Assembly (NCBI GenBank): GCA_036676495.1
Contig: JAKFCT010000080.1
Coordinates: 64,001 to 128,000, forward strand
DNA: 64,000 bases
Direction of reading: 5' to 3'
From: Candidatus Sericytochromatia bacterium
GTDB lineage: Bacteria > Cyanobacteriota > Sericytochromatia > S15B-MN24 > UBA4093
Part shown: one piece after another, positions 17,820-27,541 of the stretch
Layout of the letters: each line of letters begins with the position of its first letter
How positions within the stretch are numbered: the first letter of the stretch is position 1
The notes under the pieces: model-generated
Databases searched by the model: none
What the model saw: the letters and a program-made list of their open reading frames with translations, nothing else
Told to the model about the DNA's origin: nothing
Translations under genes and position numbers: made by a program

Positions 17820-19121
17820 ATGCGAAACGTGCTGCGCTACGGGTCACTCGGACTGGCCGCGACGCTGCTGATATCGGCATGCACCCCAGCGATGACCGCA
17901 CCTCCGGCCGAGGGTCCTGCCGCTCCCACTCCCCTGGCGCCGGCTGCCGGGGAGTTCCCCGAGGATCTCGCCCCGGAGTTCCCGAGCGACGTGCAGCCGC
18001 TGCAACTGGCTCCCGAAGCCCCGCAGCCTCCCCTCACCGTCAATGATCAAAGGCTGGTCCTTCCGACTGGCGGAAACGTCTCGCTGGATCAGCTTTACCA
18101 GGATCTTCCGGCCTCCATTCCCCAGGACGAAGCCTCCGAGTGGCTCGGCCCCATGCCCGGAGCGATTCCTCAGGGGTTCGGCCAGCCCGGCGCGATTGGC
18201 CCGGGCGCCCTGGGGCCCGGCGGTTACGGGGCTTTTCCCGGCGCCATTCCCGAACTCTTGACCTACAACGCCCTGGCGCGATGCCTCTACTTCCGCTACC
18301 TCAACTTCTACATCCCGTACTACCTGGTGGGGAACGCCTATTACCCTTATGCCTACTCGCCCTACTACAATCCGGGCCTGAGGGGCCTCTACGCCTACCC
18401 GATCTTCTACGGCTACGGAGATTACTGTTATCCCTACACCTTCCTGTCGTCGAGCTACCGCTACGGCTACCCGGATTGGGAGTACTACTGGCCCCTTTAC
18501 CGCTCGCGTTTCACCCACCATTACGATGACGACTTCCGTTCCTACCGGCGCCACTGGGGCCGCCGGGAGTTCCATGGCTGGCTGGATAACCGCCGGCGCG
18601 ACCGCAACCATGAGAACTGGCGCGAGCGGGCCCGCGAGCATCGGCGGGGCGATCGCCCCGGCAACCATGGCAACCGCCCGGGGCCGGACTGGAACGACCG
18701 GCCCGGCAACCATGGCAACCGCCCGGGGCCGGACTGGAACGACCGTCCCGGCAACCATGGCAACCGCCCGGGCCCGGACTGGAACGATCGCCCCGGCAAC
18801 CACGGCAACCGCCCGGGCCCGGACGGGAACGACCGGCCGGGAAAGCATGATCGTCCGGATCGCGACGGCGGCAAGCGCGACGGCGATCGCCCGAACCGGG
18901 GCGGGGAGTCGCATAAGCAGCGGGGCGATGAGCACCGCGGCAAGGGTTCGGATGGCGAACGCAAGTACTCCCGCGGCGAGGGCCAGCAGGTCCGGAGAGG
19001 TGGCGAGCAGCAGGCCAGGCAGCATGAGCGCCGGGATCGCGAGCCGCGGGTCGCGCGGGGCAACCATGAGTCCCGCAAGGGCGGGGATCGCGGGGGGCGC
19101 GGGGATCGCCGCCGGGGCTAG
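17820..19121 (+). CDS. Lipoprotein with Tyr-Pro-rich module and repetitive charged tail; paralog of the 33-36 kb triplet
   Basis: GAGGAGG RBS; lipobox ISAC. VSLDQLYQDLPASIPQDEA resembles MSFDEIRKQLPARISEADA. Tyr-rich block, then DRPGNHGNRPGPDWN repeats. Confidence 0.75.
   Translation: MRNVLRYGSLGLAATLLISACTPAMTAPPAEGPAAPTPLAPAAGEFPEDLAPEFPSDVQPLQLAPEAPQPPLTVNDQRLVLPTGGNVSLDQLYQDLPASIPQDEASEWLGPMPGAIPQGFGQPGAIGPGALGPGGYGAFPGAIPELLTYNALARCLYFRYLNFYIPYYLVGNAYYPYAYSPYYNPGLRGLYAYPIFYGYGDYCYPYTFLSSSYRYGYPDWEYYWPLYRSRFTHHYDDDFRSYRRHWGRREFHGWLDNRRRDRNHENWRERAREHRRGDRPGNHGNRPGPDWNDRPGNHGNRPGPDWNDRPGNHGNRPGPDWNDRPGNHGNRPGPDGNDRPGKHDRPDRDGGKRDGDRPNRGGESHKQRGDEHRGKGSDGERKYSRGEGQQVRRGGEQQARQHERRDREPRVARGNHESRKGGDRGGRGDRRRG
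18651..18842 (+). repeat. Coding tandem repeat, 45 bp x 4 plus a partial copy
   Basis: Units start at 18651, 18696, 18741 and 18786 and encode DRPGNHGNRPGPD(W/G)N, with synonymous variation. Confidence 0.95.
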
Positions 19122-19486
19122 CTTCCCGTGTCCAAGGCCTTGAGCATCCGCTTCAAGGCGACGTTACGGTAACTCAGGGTGACCATGCGCTCGATTTCTT
19201 CCCAGGCGAAGCCTCGGTCGAGTTGCAGGGTCACCCAGCCGTGCTGGCCGACGTAGGCCGTCCGCGAGATGCGTGGGTCCTCCAGGTAAAGCGGCTGGTC
19301 ATGCAGGGGCATCTTCACCGACAAGCTCGGATCCCGGGGCTCGGTCCCCACGATCAGGAAGGGCTTCTTGCCTGCTCGGTACGCCGGGTGCGGCGGGTCG
19401 AAGTTCATGGTGTAGGCCTCGACTTCCGGCAGCTTCCGGCAGAAGGAGTCGAGCTTTTCGGCGAACGCCGCGAGATCGAAGGACAT
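19118..19486 (-). CDS. MmcQ/YjbR family protein
   Basis: FCRKLPEV, YRAGKKPF, YVGQHGWVTL, SYRNVALKR. ATG lies 10 nt after the FNR stop, with GAGG. Confidence 0.8.
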   Translation of the reverse strand: MSFDLAAFAEKLDSFCRKLPEVEAYTMNFDPPHPAYRAGKKPFLIVGTEPRDPSLSVKMPLHDQPLYLEDPRISRTAYVGQHGWVTLQLDRGFAWEEIERMVTLSYRNVALKRMLKALDTGS

Positions 19487-19496
19487 GGGCGCCGCC

Positions 19497-20387
19497 TCAG
19501 TAGGTCTCGGCATGCCAGCGGTGGGCCTTTTTGAGTTGCGGCAGCAGCATCTCCCAGTCGGCGCCATGCTTGGCGGCCATGGCGGCGAAGGCTTCCTCGA
19601 CGCCCTTTTCCATGCCCTTGATGCCGCACATGTAGACGATGGCTTGCCGTTCGGCCAGGAGCGGCCAGAGGGCGTCGGCATGCTCGGCCAGGCGGTGCTG
19701 CACGTAGACCCGCTTGCCGTCGGCGGTCTGCTGCTCGCGGCTGATGGCGAGGCTCAGTTTGAGGGCACCGGACTCGGCCAGGGGGCGGATCTCCTCATGG
19801 TAGAGTATCTCGGGGCTGGTCGGGACCCCGAAGAAGAGCCATGCTTCCGTCACGTCCTGGTGGGCGGCCAGCTGCTCCCAGAAGGCGCGGAAGGGGGCGA
19901 TGCCCGTCCCCGTGGCGATCATGATGAGCGGGATCGTGGGATCTTCCGGCAGCAGGAAGGTTCGGCCCACCGGTCCGGTGGTCTGGACCTGCGCGCCGGG
20001 CTGCAGGTCGCAGAGATAGTTCGTGGCGACTCCCAGGCGCTCGACGCCGGTCTCGGGATCCGTGTAGCGAACCCGCTTGACGCAGAGCGAGACGGTATCG
20101 CCCTTGCCGTCGTCGCCCGCCCGCTTCGAGGCCACCGAGTAAAGCCGGAGCTTGTGCGGCTTTCCGGCGTCATCCGTGCCGGGGGGCAGGACGCCGATGC
20201 TCTGGCCTTCCAGGTAGCGGAAAGCGCCCTCGGGATACTGGAGGACCAGGTGCTGGACGTCGCTGGGATGGCCCTCGGGGGTGAGCCGCGTCTTCGAGAC
20301 GAGGGTCATGGGCAGGGGCTCCTGCGGCTTGAAGAGGTTGATGGGGATGTCGCGCTTGGCCGGCGTGGGGTTCGTCGTGGTATCCAT
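19497..20387 (-). CDS. petH: Ferredoxin-NADP+ reductase, plant/cyanobacterial (PetH) type
   Basis: YLEGQSIGVLPPG, PHKLRLYSVAS, MIATGTGIAPFR, ISREQ, YMCGIKGME, C-terminal WHAETY. Confidence 0.88.
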   Translation of the reverse strand: MDTTTNPTPAKRDIPINLFKPQEPLPMTLVSKTRLTPEGHPSDVQHLVLQYPEGAFRYLEGQSIGVLPPGTDDAGKPHKLRLYSVASKRAGDDGKGDTVSLCVKRVRYTDPETGVERLGVATNYLCDLQPGAQVQTTGPVGRTFLLPEDPTIPLIMIATGTGIAPFRAFWEQLAAHQDVTEAWLFFGVPTSPEILYHEEIRPLAESGALKLSLAISREQQTADGKRVYVQHRLAEHADALWPLLAERQAIVYMCGIKGMEKGVEEAFAAMAAKHGADWEMLLPQLKKAHRWHAETY

Positions 20388-20553
20388 CGGGCACCTCCAA
20401 ATATCCTAGAGCGAACGTCGGATCTTCCGGGCGGCGAGTGCTGGAGTCTCCTCCTCCCGTTAAGCCTGAGGGGCGCGCGGGGTTTTGTCAAACCCTCGCG
20501 GCTTGCGTCGGCGCCGCGCTCCTGCGAGCATGGATCCAGAAAGGTAGGAATGC

Positions 20554-21072
20554 ATGCCGAACGCGATTCAATCCCCCCTCCGGGTCCGCTACGCCGAGAC
20601 CGACGCCCAGCAGGTGGTCTATCACTCGAACTACCTGGTCTACTTCGAGGTCGGCCGCGGCGACTTCCTGCGCGCCGTGGGCGTGGACTACAACGCGATG
20701 GAGGCGTCCGGGGCCTTCGTGGTGGTGGTCGAGGCCAACGTGCGCTACCATGCGCCGGCCCGCTACGATGACGAGCTGGTCGTTCATACCTGGTTGGACG
20801 AGGTCCGGACCCGCAGCATGCGCTTCGCGTACCGGGTGACCCGCGGCTCCGGGGCCGAGGAGACGACGATCGCGTCCGGCTGGACGGCGCATGTGGTGGT
20901 CAATCGGGAGGGCCGGCCGGTGCCGATTCCACAGGCGCTGCGTCAGGCGATCGCCGAGGCGGGACTCGCCCCTGTGGGGATCGCCCCTGTGGGGATCGCC
21001 CCTGTGGGGATCGCCCCTGAGGCCCCGGAAGCCGAGTTCAAGGGCGACGCCGTCATCTCCCCGCAGGCCTAG
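20554..21072 (+). CDS. YbgC/FadM-family acyl-CoA thioesterase
   Basis: RVRYAETDAQQVVYHSNYLVYFEVGR, PARYDDEL. Confidence 0.9.
   Translation: MPNAIQSPLRVRYAETDAQQVVYHSNYLVYFEVGRGDFLRAVGVDYNAMEASGAFVVVVEANVRYHAPARYDDELVVHTWLDEVRTRSMRFAYRVTRGSGAEETTIASGWTAHVVVNREGRPVPIPQALRQAIAEAGLAPVGIAPVGIAPVGIAPEAPEAEFKGDAVISPQA
20966..21019 (+). repeat. 15-bp tandem repeat, 3 copies plus partial (TCGCCCCTGTGGGGA; APVGI)
   Basis: Exact copies at 20966, 20981 and 20996; partial at 21011. Confidence 0.95.
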
Positions 21073-21776
21073 CCGCGCCGGGGTTTTCCCCCTTTGGGAG
21101 CCCGTCCCTTGGGCCCAGGTCCTTTGGGGCGTGGCCCCTTGGCATGCGGGCTCTTGGCGGCGGAGCGCTGGGAAGTGCCCCGGCTTTCCGCCTGCTCGGC
21201 CGCCGTTCGAGACAGTTGCTTCAGGGCGACGACCTCGTCGGGGCTCAGTTCCCGCCAGTCTCCCGGGGCGAGATCTCTCAGGGAGACCGGCCCCAGGGCG
21301 ACGCGGTAGATGCGCAGGGTGGGGAAGCCCACCGCCGCGGTCATGCGCCGGATCTGGCGGTTGCGTCCCTCGCGGAGCCGGATTTCCAGCCACGCGGTGG
21401 GCACGTTCTTGCGGAAGCGCACCGGCACGGGACGCTCAGGAAGCTCGGGCGCATCCGCGAGCAGCCTCACCTCCGCGGGGCGGGTCCGCTCACCCTGGAT
21501 CACGACGCCATGGCGCAGGTGTTCGAGCGCGGCCTCGTCGGGAACGCGCTCGACCTGGACCCAGTAGGTCTTGGGATGCTCGTAGCGGGGATCCGTGAGG
21601 CGATGCGCCAGGGGGCCGTCATCGGTCAGGAGCAGCAAGCCCTCCGAGTCCATGTCGAGCCTTCCCACCGGGTAGACCCCGGGGACGGGGACGTAGCCCT
21701 TGAGGGTCTTGGCGGGATCGTCTCCGGAGAACTGGGAGAGGACGTCGTAGGGCTTGTTCAGCATCAGGTAGCGCAT
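21069..21776 (-). CDS. rluE: Pseudouridine synthase, RluE-like (RsuA family, no S4 domain)
   Basis: LNKPYDVLSQF, VGRLDMDSEGLLLLT, EGRNRQIRRMTAAVGFPTLR. Confidence 0.85.
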   Translation of the reverse strand: MRYLMLNKPYDVLSQFSGDDPAKTLKGYVPVPGVYPVGRLDMDSEGLLLLTDDGPLAHRLTDPRYEHPKTYWVQVERVPDEAALEHLRHGVVIQGERTRPAEVRLLADAPELPERPVPVRFRKNVPTAWLEIRLREGRNRQIRRMTAAVGFPTLRIYRVALGPVSLRDLAPGDWRELSPDEVVALKQLSRTAAEQAESRGTSQRSAAKSPHAKGPRPKGPGPKGRAPKGGKPRRG

Positions 21777-21878
21777 GGGGTTCCATGCTAGAGCATCACG
21801 GCGCGAGACGCCAGTGTTTTCGCCGTCGACGCCAGCGAAGAGGCCGTCCCCCGAGGGGGACGGCCTCTTGCGTTCCGG

Positions 21879-24800
21879 CTAGGCCGGGGTTTCGGCGGTA
21901 TCGACCACGGCGGTCCGGGTCTTGGGTCCCTCCAGGTGAAGGAACTTCTTCCGGTACCAGGTCTCGAAGTCATCCATGAGCGAGAACGCCACGGGGACGA
22001 CGATCAGGGTGAGCAGGGTCGAGGTGATGAGGCCGCCCACGACGACGACCGCCATGGGGTAGCGGAACTCGGCGCCCGCGCCGATGCCCGCCGCCATCGG
22101 GGCCATGCCCATGACCATCGCGGCGGTGGTCATGAGGATCGGCCGCAGCCGGACCGGGCCGGCCTCGAGGAGGGCTTCCAAGGTGCCGTAGCCCTTGTCC
22201 TTGAGCTGAAGGGTGAAGTCGACCACCAAGATGGCGTTCTTGGTGACGATGCCCATCAGCATGATCACGCCGATCATGGCCATCATGCCGAGCTCCGACT
22301 GGGTCAGCAGCAGGGCGAGGAACGCGCCCGCGATGGACAGCGGGAGGCTGAACATGATGGTGAAGGGGTGAACGAAGCTCTCGAACTGGACCGCCAGGAT
22401 GATGTAGATGAAGACGATGGCCAGGGCCAGGGCGCCCAGCAGGCCGGTGAAGGCCTCTTGCATCTGTTCGGCTTCACCACCCTGGACCAGCTCCACGCCC
22501 TCGGGCAGGTCGAGCTCCTTCTTGAGCTTCTCGACGACCTGGAAGGCTTCGCCGGTCGAGACGCCCGGCATGAGGTTGGCGAGCACGTTCACCACGCGCT
22601 CGCGGTCCTCGCGCCGGATCGACGAGACGCCGGAGCCGACCTGTTCGTTGACGACCGCCGAGACCGGGACCAGGCCGCGGGCGCCGGGGACGCTCAGGGC
22701 CTTGACGGCGGTCAGGCTTTGCCGGGACTCGGGAGCGACCTGGAGGCGGATGTCGAGCTCGTCGTCTCCCTGGATCAGGGTGCCCACGACATCGCCGGTG
22801 GTGGCGAGCCGCAGGGTGTTGGCGAGGTTGGCGGCGGAGACGCCCTCGGCGGCCGCGCGGGCGCGGTCGAACTGGAGCTGGATCTCCGGCCGGGTCAACG
22901 ACAGCGAGGTGTCGACGTCGGCGTAGAGGTCCGACCGGCTACGCAGCAGATCGGCCATCTTCTCGCCGTAGATGCGCAACTCGTCGAGGTTGGGGCCGCG
23001 CAGCGCGATGTTGATCGGGGTGTTCATCTCGCTGGCGCCGCCGACCATGCCGGCGATCATGATCTTGGCGCGGATGCCGGGGATGGCGGCAACCTCGTTG
23101 CGGATCTTCTCGGCGAGCACGGTGTCCTTGATGTTGCGCTTGCTCTTGTCGACCAGGAGGACGCCCAGGGTGGCGGAGTCGATCTCCTCGCGGCCGCCGA
23201 TGGTGGTGAAGACGTTCTCCACCTCGGGGTGCTTCTTGATGATCTCGACGACGCGCTTGGACATCTCGCCGGTCTCGGTGAGGGTCGCGCCCTTGGGCAA
23301 TTGGACCTTGAGGTTGAACTCGCCGCGGTCGGCCGAGGTCATGAAGGTCTTGGGGATGAAGGGCACGAGGGCCATGCCGAAGATGAAGGAGGCCGTGGCG
23401 AGGCCCATGACCTTCCAGCGGTTCTTCAGCGACCATGCGAGGATCCGGCGGTAGGGCTTGGCGAGCGGGAAGGACGTTTCGGCGTCCTCGCTCATGCCGC
23501 CCTTGCCGTGCGAGACCTTGAGGAAGCGCGCCGAGATCATCGGGGTGATGGTGCGCGCGACCAGGAGGGAGAAGAGCACGGCGAAGGCGACGGTGAGGCC
23601 GAATTCCTTGAAGAACTTGCCGATCATGCCCGTCATGAAGGCGACGGGCACGAAGACCGCCACGATCGTGAGGGTACATGCGGTGACGGCCAGCTGGATC
23701 TCGCCGGTGGCGTTGATGGCGGCGCGCAGGGGCGGCTCGCCCTTCTCCATGTGCCGGTAGATGTTCTCGAGGTCCACGACCGCGTCGTCGACCACGATGC
23801 CGACCACCAGGGTCAGGGCCAGGGTGGTGAGCATGTTGAACGAGAAGCCCATGAGATCCATCGCCCAGAAGGTGGAGACGATCGAGATGGGGATGGCCAT
23901 GCCGCCGATCAGGGTGGCGCGCCAGTTCCGCAGGAAGGCGAAGAGGATCACGACGGCCAGGAAGCCGCCGACGATCAGGTGCTCCCAGACGGACATGTTG
24001 GATTCTTTGATGTACTCCGAGGTGTCCTGGACGGTGGTGAACTTGGCGCCGGGAGGCAGGGTGGCTTCCAGCTTGTGGAACTGCTTCTCGACGTTCGAGA
24101 CCACCTGGACGGTGTTGGCGCCGGCCTGCTTGAAGAGCGTGAACATGACCGCGGGCTCGTTGTTGACGAAGCCCAGGGAGCGCGGCTCCTCGATGCTCTG
24201 CCAGACCTTGCCGAGGTCGCCGATGCGCACGCGGTTGCCGGTGGGGGTGGAGACCTGGAAGTTGCTGATGTCCTCGACCGACTGGAACTTGCCCATCGCG
24301 CGCAGCGAGAGCTCCTGGCCGTGCTCGGTGATGCGGCCGCCGGGTAGGTTCATGCTGTCGGCCTTGAGGGTCTGGAACAAGCCCGCGACGGAGAGCCCGT
24401 AGGTCTTGAGGCGGGTGGGATCCAGGTCGATGTGGATCTCGCGGACCCGGCCGCCGAGGATGTCCACCGAGCCGACGCCGCTGATGCGCTCGAGCCGGGG
24501 CTTGAGCACGTCCTCGACGTAGTCGGTGAGCTCCTGGGGCGACTGGGGACCGTTGATGGCGAAGCTGGCGATCGGAGCGCTGGAGGGGTCGAAGAGCAGG
24601 ATCGTCGGCTCGATGATGTCCTTGGGCAGGGTGCCGCGGATGAGCGACACCTTCTCCCGGACGTCCTGGGCGGCGACCTTGTTATCGATCTCGATCTTGA
24701 ACTGGGCGACGACCGTCGAAACGCCCTCGTTCGAGTAGGAGTGAAGCGTGTCGAGGCCGTTGATCGAGGAGATGGCCTCCTCGAGCGGCTTCGAGATCAG

Positions 24801-24983
24801 CTCCTCGATCTCGGCGGGAGCCGCCCCGGGGTAGACGGTGCTGACCACGACCACCGGGAACTCCACGTCGGGGAAGAGGTCCATGTTCAGCTTGCTGAAG
24901 CCCATCATCCCCAGGATGAGCAAGAGGGTCATCAGCATGGTGGTGGTGACGGGCCTGCGAATGAAGAGTTCGGAGAAGTTCAT
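21879..24983 (-). CDS. RND efflux transporter permease (AcrB/AcrD/AcrF family)
   Basis: FIRRPV, DLFPDVEFP, GIVVDDAVVDLENI, GIVTKNAIL, RLRPILMTT; 1034 aa. Confidence 0.95.
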   Translation of the reverse strand: MNFSELFIRRPVTTTMLMTLLLILGMMGFSKLNMDLFPDVEFPVVVVSTVYPGAAPAEIEELISKPLEEAISSINGLDTLHSYSNEGVSTVVAQFKIEIDNKVAAQDVREKVSLIRGTLPKDIIEPTILLFDPSSAPIASFAINGPQSPQELTDYVEDVLKPRLERISGVGSVDILGGRVREIHIDLDPTRLKTYGLSVAGLFQTLKADSMNLPGGRITEHGQELSLRAMGKFQSVEDISNFQVSTPTGNRVRIGDLGKVWQSIEEPRSLGFVNNEPAVMFTLFKQAGANTVQVVSNVEKQFHKLEATLPPGAKFTTVQDTSEYIKESNMSVWEHLIVGGFLAVVILFAFLRNWRATLIGGMAIPISIVSTFWAMDLMGFSFNMLTTLALTLVVGIVVDDAVVDLENIYRHMEKGEPPLRAAINATGEIQLAVTACTLTIVAVFVPVAFMTGMIGKFFKEFGLTVAFAVLFSLLVARTITPMISARFLKVSHGKGGMSEDAETSFPLAKPYRRILAWSLKNRWKVMGLATASFIFGMALVPFIPKTFMTSADRGEFNLKVQLPKGATLTETGEMSKRVVEIIKKHPEVENVFTTIGGREEIDSATLGVLLVDKSKRNIKDTVLAEKIRNEVAAIPGIRAKIMIAGMVGGASEMNTPINIALRGPNLDELRIYGEKMADLLRSRSDLYADVDTSLSLTRPEIQLQFDRARAAAEGVSAANLANTLRLATTGDVVGTLIQGDDELDIRLQVAPESRQSLTAVKALSVPGARGLVPVSAVVNEQVGSGVSSIRREDRERVVNVLANLMPGVSTGEAFQVVEKLKKELDLPEGVELVQGGEAEQMQEAFTGLLGALALAIVFIYIILAVQFESFVHPFTIMFSLPLSIAGAFLALLLTQSELGMMAMIGVIMLMGIVTKNAILVVDFTLQLKDKGYGTLEALLEAGPVRLRPILMTTAAMVMGMAPMAAGIGAGAEFRYPMAVVVVGGLITSTLLTLIVVPVAFSLMDDFETWYRKKFLHLEGPKTRTAVVDTAETPA

Positions 24984-24986
24984 CGG

Positions 24987-26060
24987 TTATCTCCGCGCGA
25001 TCTTGGAGCCGTCCTTGAGGAAGGCCCCCCCCTCGGAGACGACCGGCGCGCCGGCATCGAGGCCCGAGAGGATTTCGACCTGAGCGCCCTCGCGGATGCC
25101 GGTCTGGATGTTGACGCGCTTGGCCTTGCCTTCGTTTTCGAGGTAGACGAAGGCCTGGGATCCGTCGGTCTGGACCGCGCTGGCGGGAAGCACCAGGGCC
25201 TTGCGGCTCTGGGTCTGGATGGTGCCGCGGACGAACATGCCCACTTTGAGCTGGCCGCCCTTGCCGAGATCGATCTTGGCCTTGATCTGGCGGGTCTGTG
25301 GGTCGACCGAAGGGCTGACCTCGCGGATCTTGCCGGTGAAGATCTCCCCAGGGAAGGCGGCCGACTCGACCTGCACGGGAGCGCCGACCCTCAGGTGGGC
25401 CATCTCCTGCTCGGGCACGTTGACCTGCAGCTCCAGGGGGCCCGCCTCGGCGATGGTGAAGAGCGGGTTGCTGGGCATGGCCATGACGCCGATCTCGGCG
25501 GCCCGGTCGATCACGACGCCCGAGATGGGAGAGGTGACCGTGGCGTTCTCCCGCTGGGTTTCGAGCAGGCGAATGGCGGCCTTGATCTGCTTGGTCTGAG
25601 CTTCCGCGACCTTTAGCTGGGTGAGAGCGCCCTCGTACTGCTGCTGGCTCACCGCGCCCTGGTCCACCAGGGTCCGCATGCGATCCAGGTTGCTCTTGGC
25701 ATTCTCGAGGTTGGCCTGAGCCGTGAGAAGGGAGGCCTTCTGCTGCTGCATCTGCCATTCCATCTCGGGGCTCTCGATCTGGGCGAGGGTCTGACCCGCC
25801 TTCACGGCGGATCCTTCGTCCACCATTACCGCGAGGACCCGCCCGGAGAGCTTGGGCAGGATCTTGACCTCGGAGCGGGCGGCGATGTTGCCTTCGACCA
25901 CCAGCGGCCGGGAGATCTGGCCCTGCTCCGCGGAGACGACGGCGACCGAGACGGCCTGCTCCTGCACCTTATCGGCGTTCGAGTTTTTGGACTCCCCCTT
26001 TTGGCAACCGACGACGCCGATCACCAGCAGCGGGACGAGACCCCAAGCGATACGCTTCAC
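24987..26060 (-). CDS. RND periplasmic adaptor (MFP), lipoprotein
   Basis: GTG start; lipobox VVGC; VDEGSAVKAGQ, VTSPISGVV, LKVGMFV. Confidence 0.93.
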   Translation of the reverse strand: MKRIAWGLVPLLVIGVVGCQKGESKNSNADKVQEQAVSVAVVSAEQGQISRPLVVEGNIAARSEVKILPKLSGRVLAVMVDEGSAVKAGQTLAQIESPEMEWQMQQQKASLLTAQANLENAKSNLDRMRTLVDQGAVSQQQYEGALTQLKVAEAQTKQIKAAIRLLETQRENATVTSPISGVVIDRAAEIGVMAMPSNPLFTIAEAGPLELQVNVPEQEMAHLRVGAPVQVESAAFPGEIFTGKIREVSPSVDPQTRQIKAKIDLGKGGQLKVGMFVRGTIQTQSRKALVLPASAVQTDGSQAFVYLENEGKAKRVNIQTGIREGAQVEILSGLDAGAPVVSEGGAFLKDGSKIARR

Positions 26061-27541
26061 GACTCGCTTCCTTTCTTGGCTAACACGGTTTGGAGCTCCA
26101 GACCGAGGGCCTGAGTCACCCGCAATTCCGCGGCTTGGACATCATACTGAGCCTGCACCAGATTGCTTTGCGCCTGGGCAAGGGAGGTTTGGGCATCGAT
26201 CACTTCGAGACCGGTGCCCACTCCGGCCTGAAACCGGACCTGGGCGAGACGGTAGCCTTCGGCGGCGGCGGCGACCCCTTGCTGGGCGATCGCCACCCGA
26301 TCGACGGCCTCGGATCGCGCGGAGAGGGCGTTCTGGATGTCCAGCGCCACCTGCCGACGCACCGATTCCAGCTGCTGGCGATCCTTGGCGACTTCCGCCT
26401 CGGCCTGCGCGATCTTGGCCTGGGTCTGGTTGCCGTTGAGCAAGGTCCAGCTCATCGAGGCGCCCAGCAGGTAATAGCTGGACCCGCCGGGCTGGTACGA
26501 GTACTGCCCGATCCCCGCCACCGTGGGCAGGTAGGCCCGGCTCTGGAGGGTCACGTTGGTCTCGTCCATCTCCTGCTTGAGGCCCACCTGCTGGACTTCC
26601 AGGCGGCTGGCGATCGCCGTTTCATACGTCGCGGCGCTCACCTGAGCTCTTGGCAACGCCACGTTCCGCTCCAGCGGGACGTTCATGGCGGAGGTGCCCA
26701 GGGCCGTGCCCAGGGCGAGGCGCGCGAGCTCGACGCCGTTCTGGGCGCGCGAGAACTGGCCTTGCGTGTTGGCAAGCTGGGTCTGCGCCTGCAGGACCTC
26801 GAAACGGGTTCCGACGCCGCTGCGCTCCCGGATCTGCGCCTGCTCGACATGGGCGCGGGCCTGCTCCAGCGCCGCGCGCGAGACGTCCAGCAGGCTTTCG
26901 GCCCTGAGGACTCCGACGTAGGCGTTGGCGGCCTCGAACTGCGCCCGCCGGCGGGCGTTGACGATCTCGATGCGGGCCAGATCCAGGCTGACGTCGGCCA
27001 TCTGGAGGCCGTCGCGGGTCCGGAAGGCATCGAACAAGACCTGGTTGGCGCTCAGCTGGACCTGGGCCATGGTGCTGCCACCCCCGCCGAGGCCGCCCAG
27101 CCCGCCGAGGCCTCCCAGGCCACCGAGCCCGCCGAGGCCGCCCAGGCTGCTCATGCCGCCGAGGCCTCCCATGCTCAGCATGTTGGCGCTGCCGCCGCTG
27201 CCGAGCATCTGGAAGCTGAAAGCGCTGGTGCTGAGGCTGAGCTGGGGGAAGGCTCCGCCCGTGAGCTCTCCGATGCGGGCTTCCGCCCCTTGCAGGCCGG
27301 CTTCCGCGGAGCGGACGGAGGGAGCGTTGATCTCGGCGATCCGGATGGCGTCGGCGAGGCTCATGCGCTCCTGGGCCAGCGCCGCGTCTCCCAGGGAGAG
27401 GACGCCGAGCGGGCTCAAACACAGAGCATCTAACAAAACCAGGCATGTTACGACCAGTGGCCGCCGACGGCGGCTCGAAGGAACAGTTTTGTCAGACGCT
27501 CTGAGGGCCGTGAGGCCCGAGAGGAGGATCCGTCGGGTCAT
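26057..27541 (-). CDS. TolC-family outer-membrane channel with Gly-rich insertion
   Basis: Helical OEP repeats, AFPQLSL, RFQAGVGTGLEVIDAQ; adjacent to MFP and RND genes. Confidence 0.9.
   Translation of the reverse strand: MTRRILLSGLTALRASDKTVPSSRRRRPLVVTCLVLLDALCLSPLGVLSLGDAALAQERMSLADAIRIAEINAPSVRSAEAGLQGAEARIGELTGGAFPQLSLSTSAFSFQMLGSGGSANMLSMGGLGGMSSLGGLGGLGGLGGLGGLGGLGGGGSTMAQVQLSANQVLFDAFRTRDGLQMADVSLDLARIEIVNARRRAQFEAANAYVGVLRAESLLDVSRAALEQARAHVEQAQIRERSGVGTRFEVLQAQTQLANTQGQFSRAQNGVELARLALGTALGTSAMNVPLERNVALPRAQVSAATYETAIASRLEVQQVGLKQEMDETNVTLQSRAYLPTVAGIGQYSYQPGGSSYYLLGASMSWTLLNGNQTQAKIAQAEAEVAKDRQQLESVRRQVALDIQNALSARSEAVDRVAIAQQGVAAAAEGYRLAQVRFQAGVGTGLEVIDAQTSLAQAQSNLVQAQYDVQAAELRVTQALGLELQTVLAKKGSES
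27084..27170 (-). repeat. Coding (GGL)n 9-bp degenerate repeat within tolC
   Basis: MGGLGGMSSLGGLGGLGGLGGLGGLGGLGGGG with varied synonymous codons. Confidence 0.85.

Noticed and set aside
18651-18842. 45-bp repeats as a CRISPR array
   Set aside because: The units are contiguous with no unique spacers, in frame, and vary mostly at synonymous sites; no cas genes are present.
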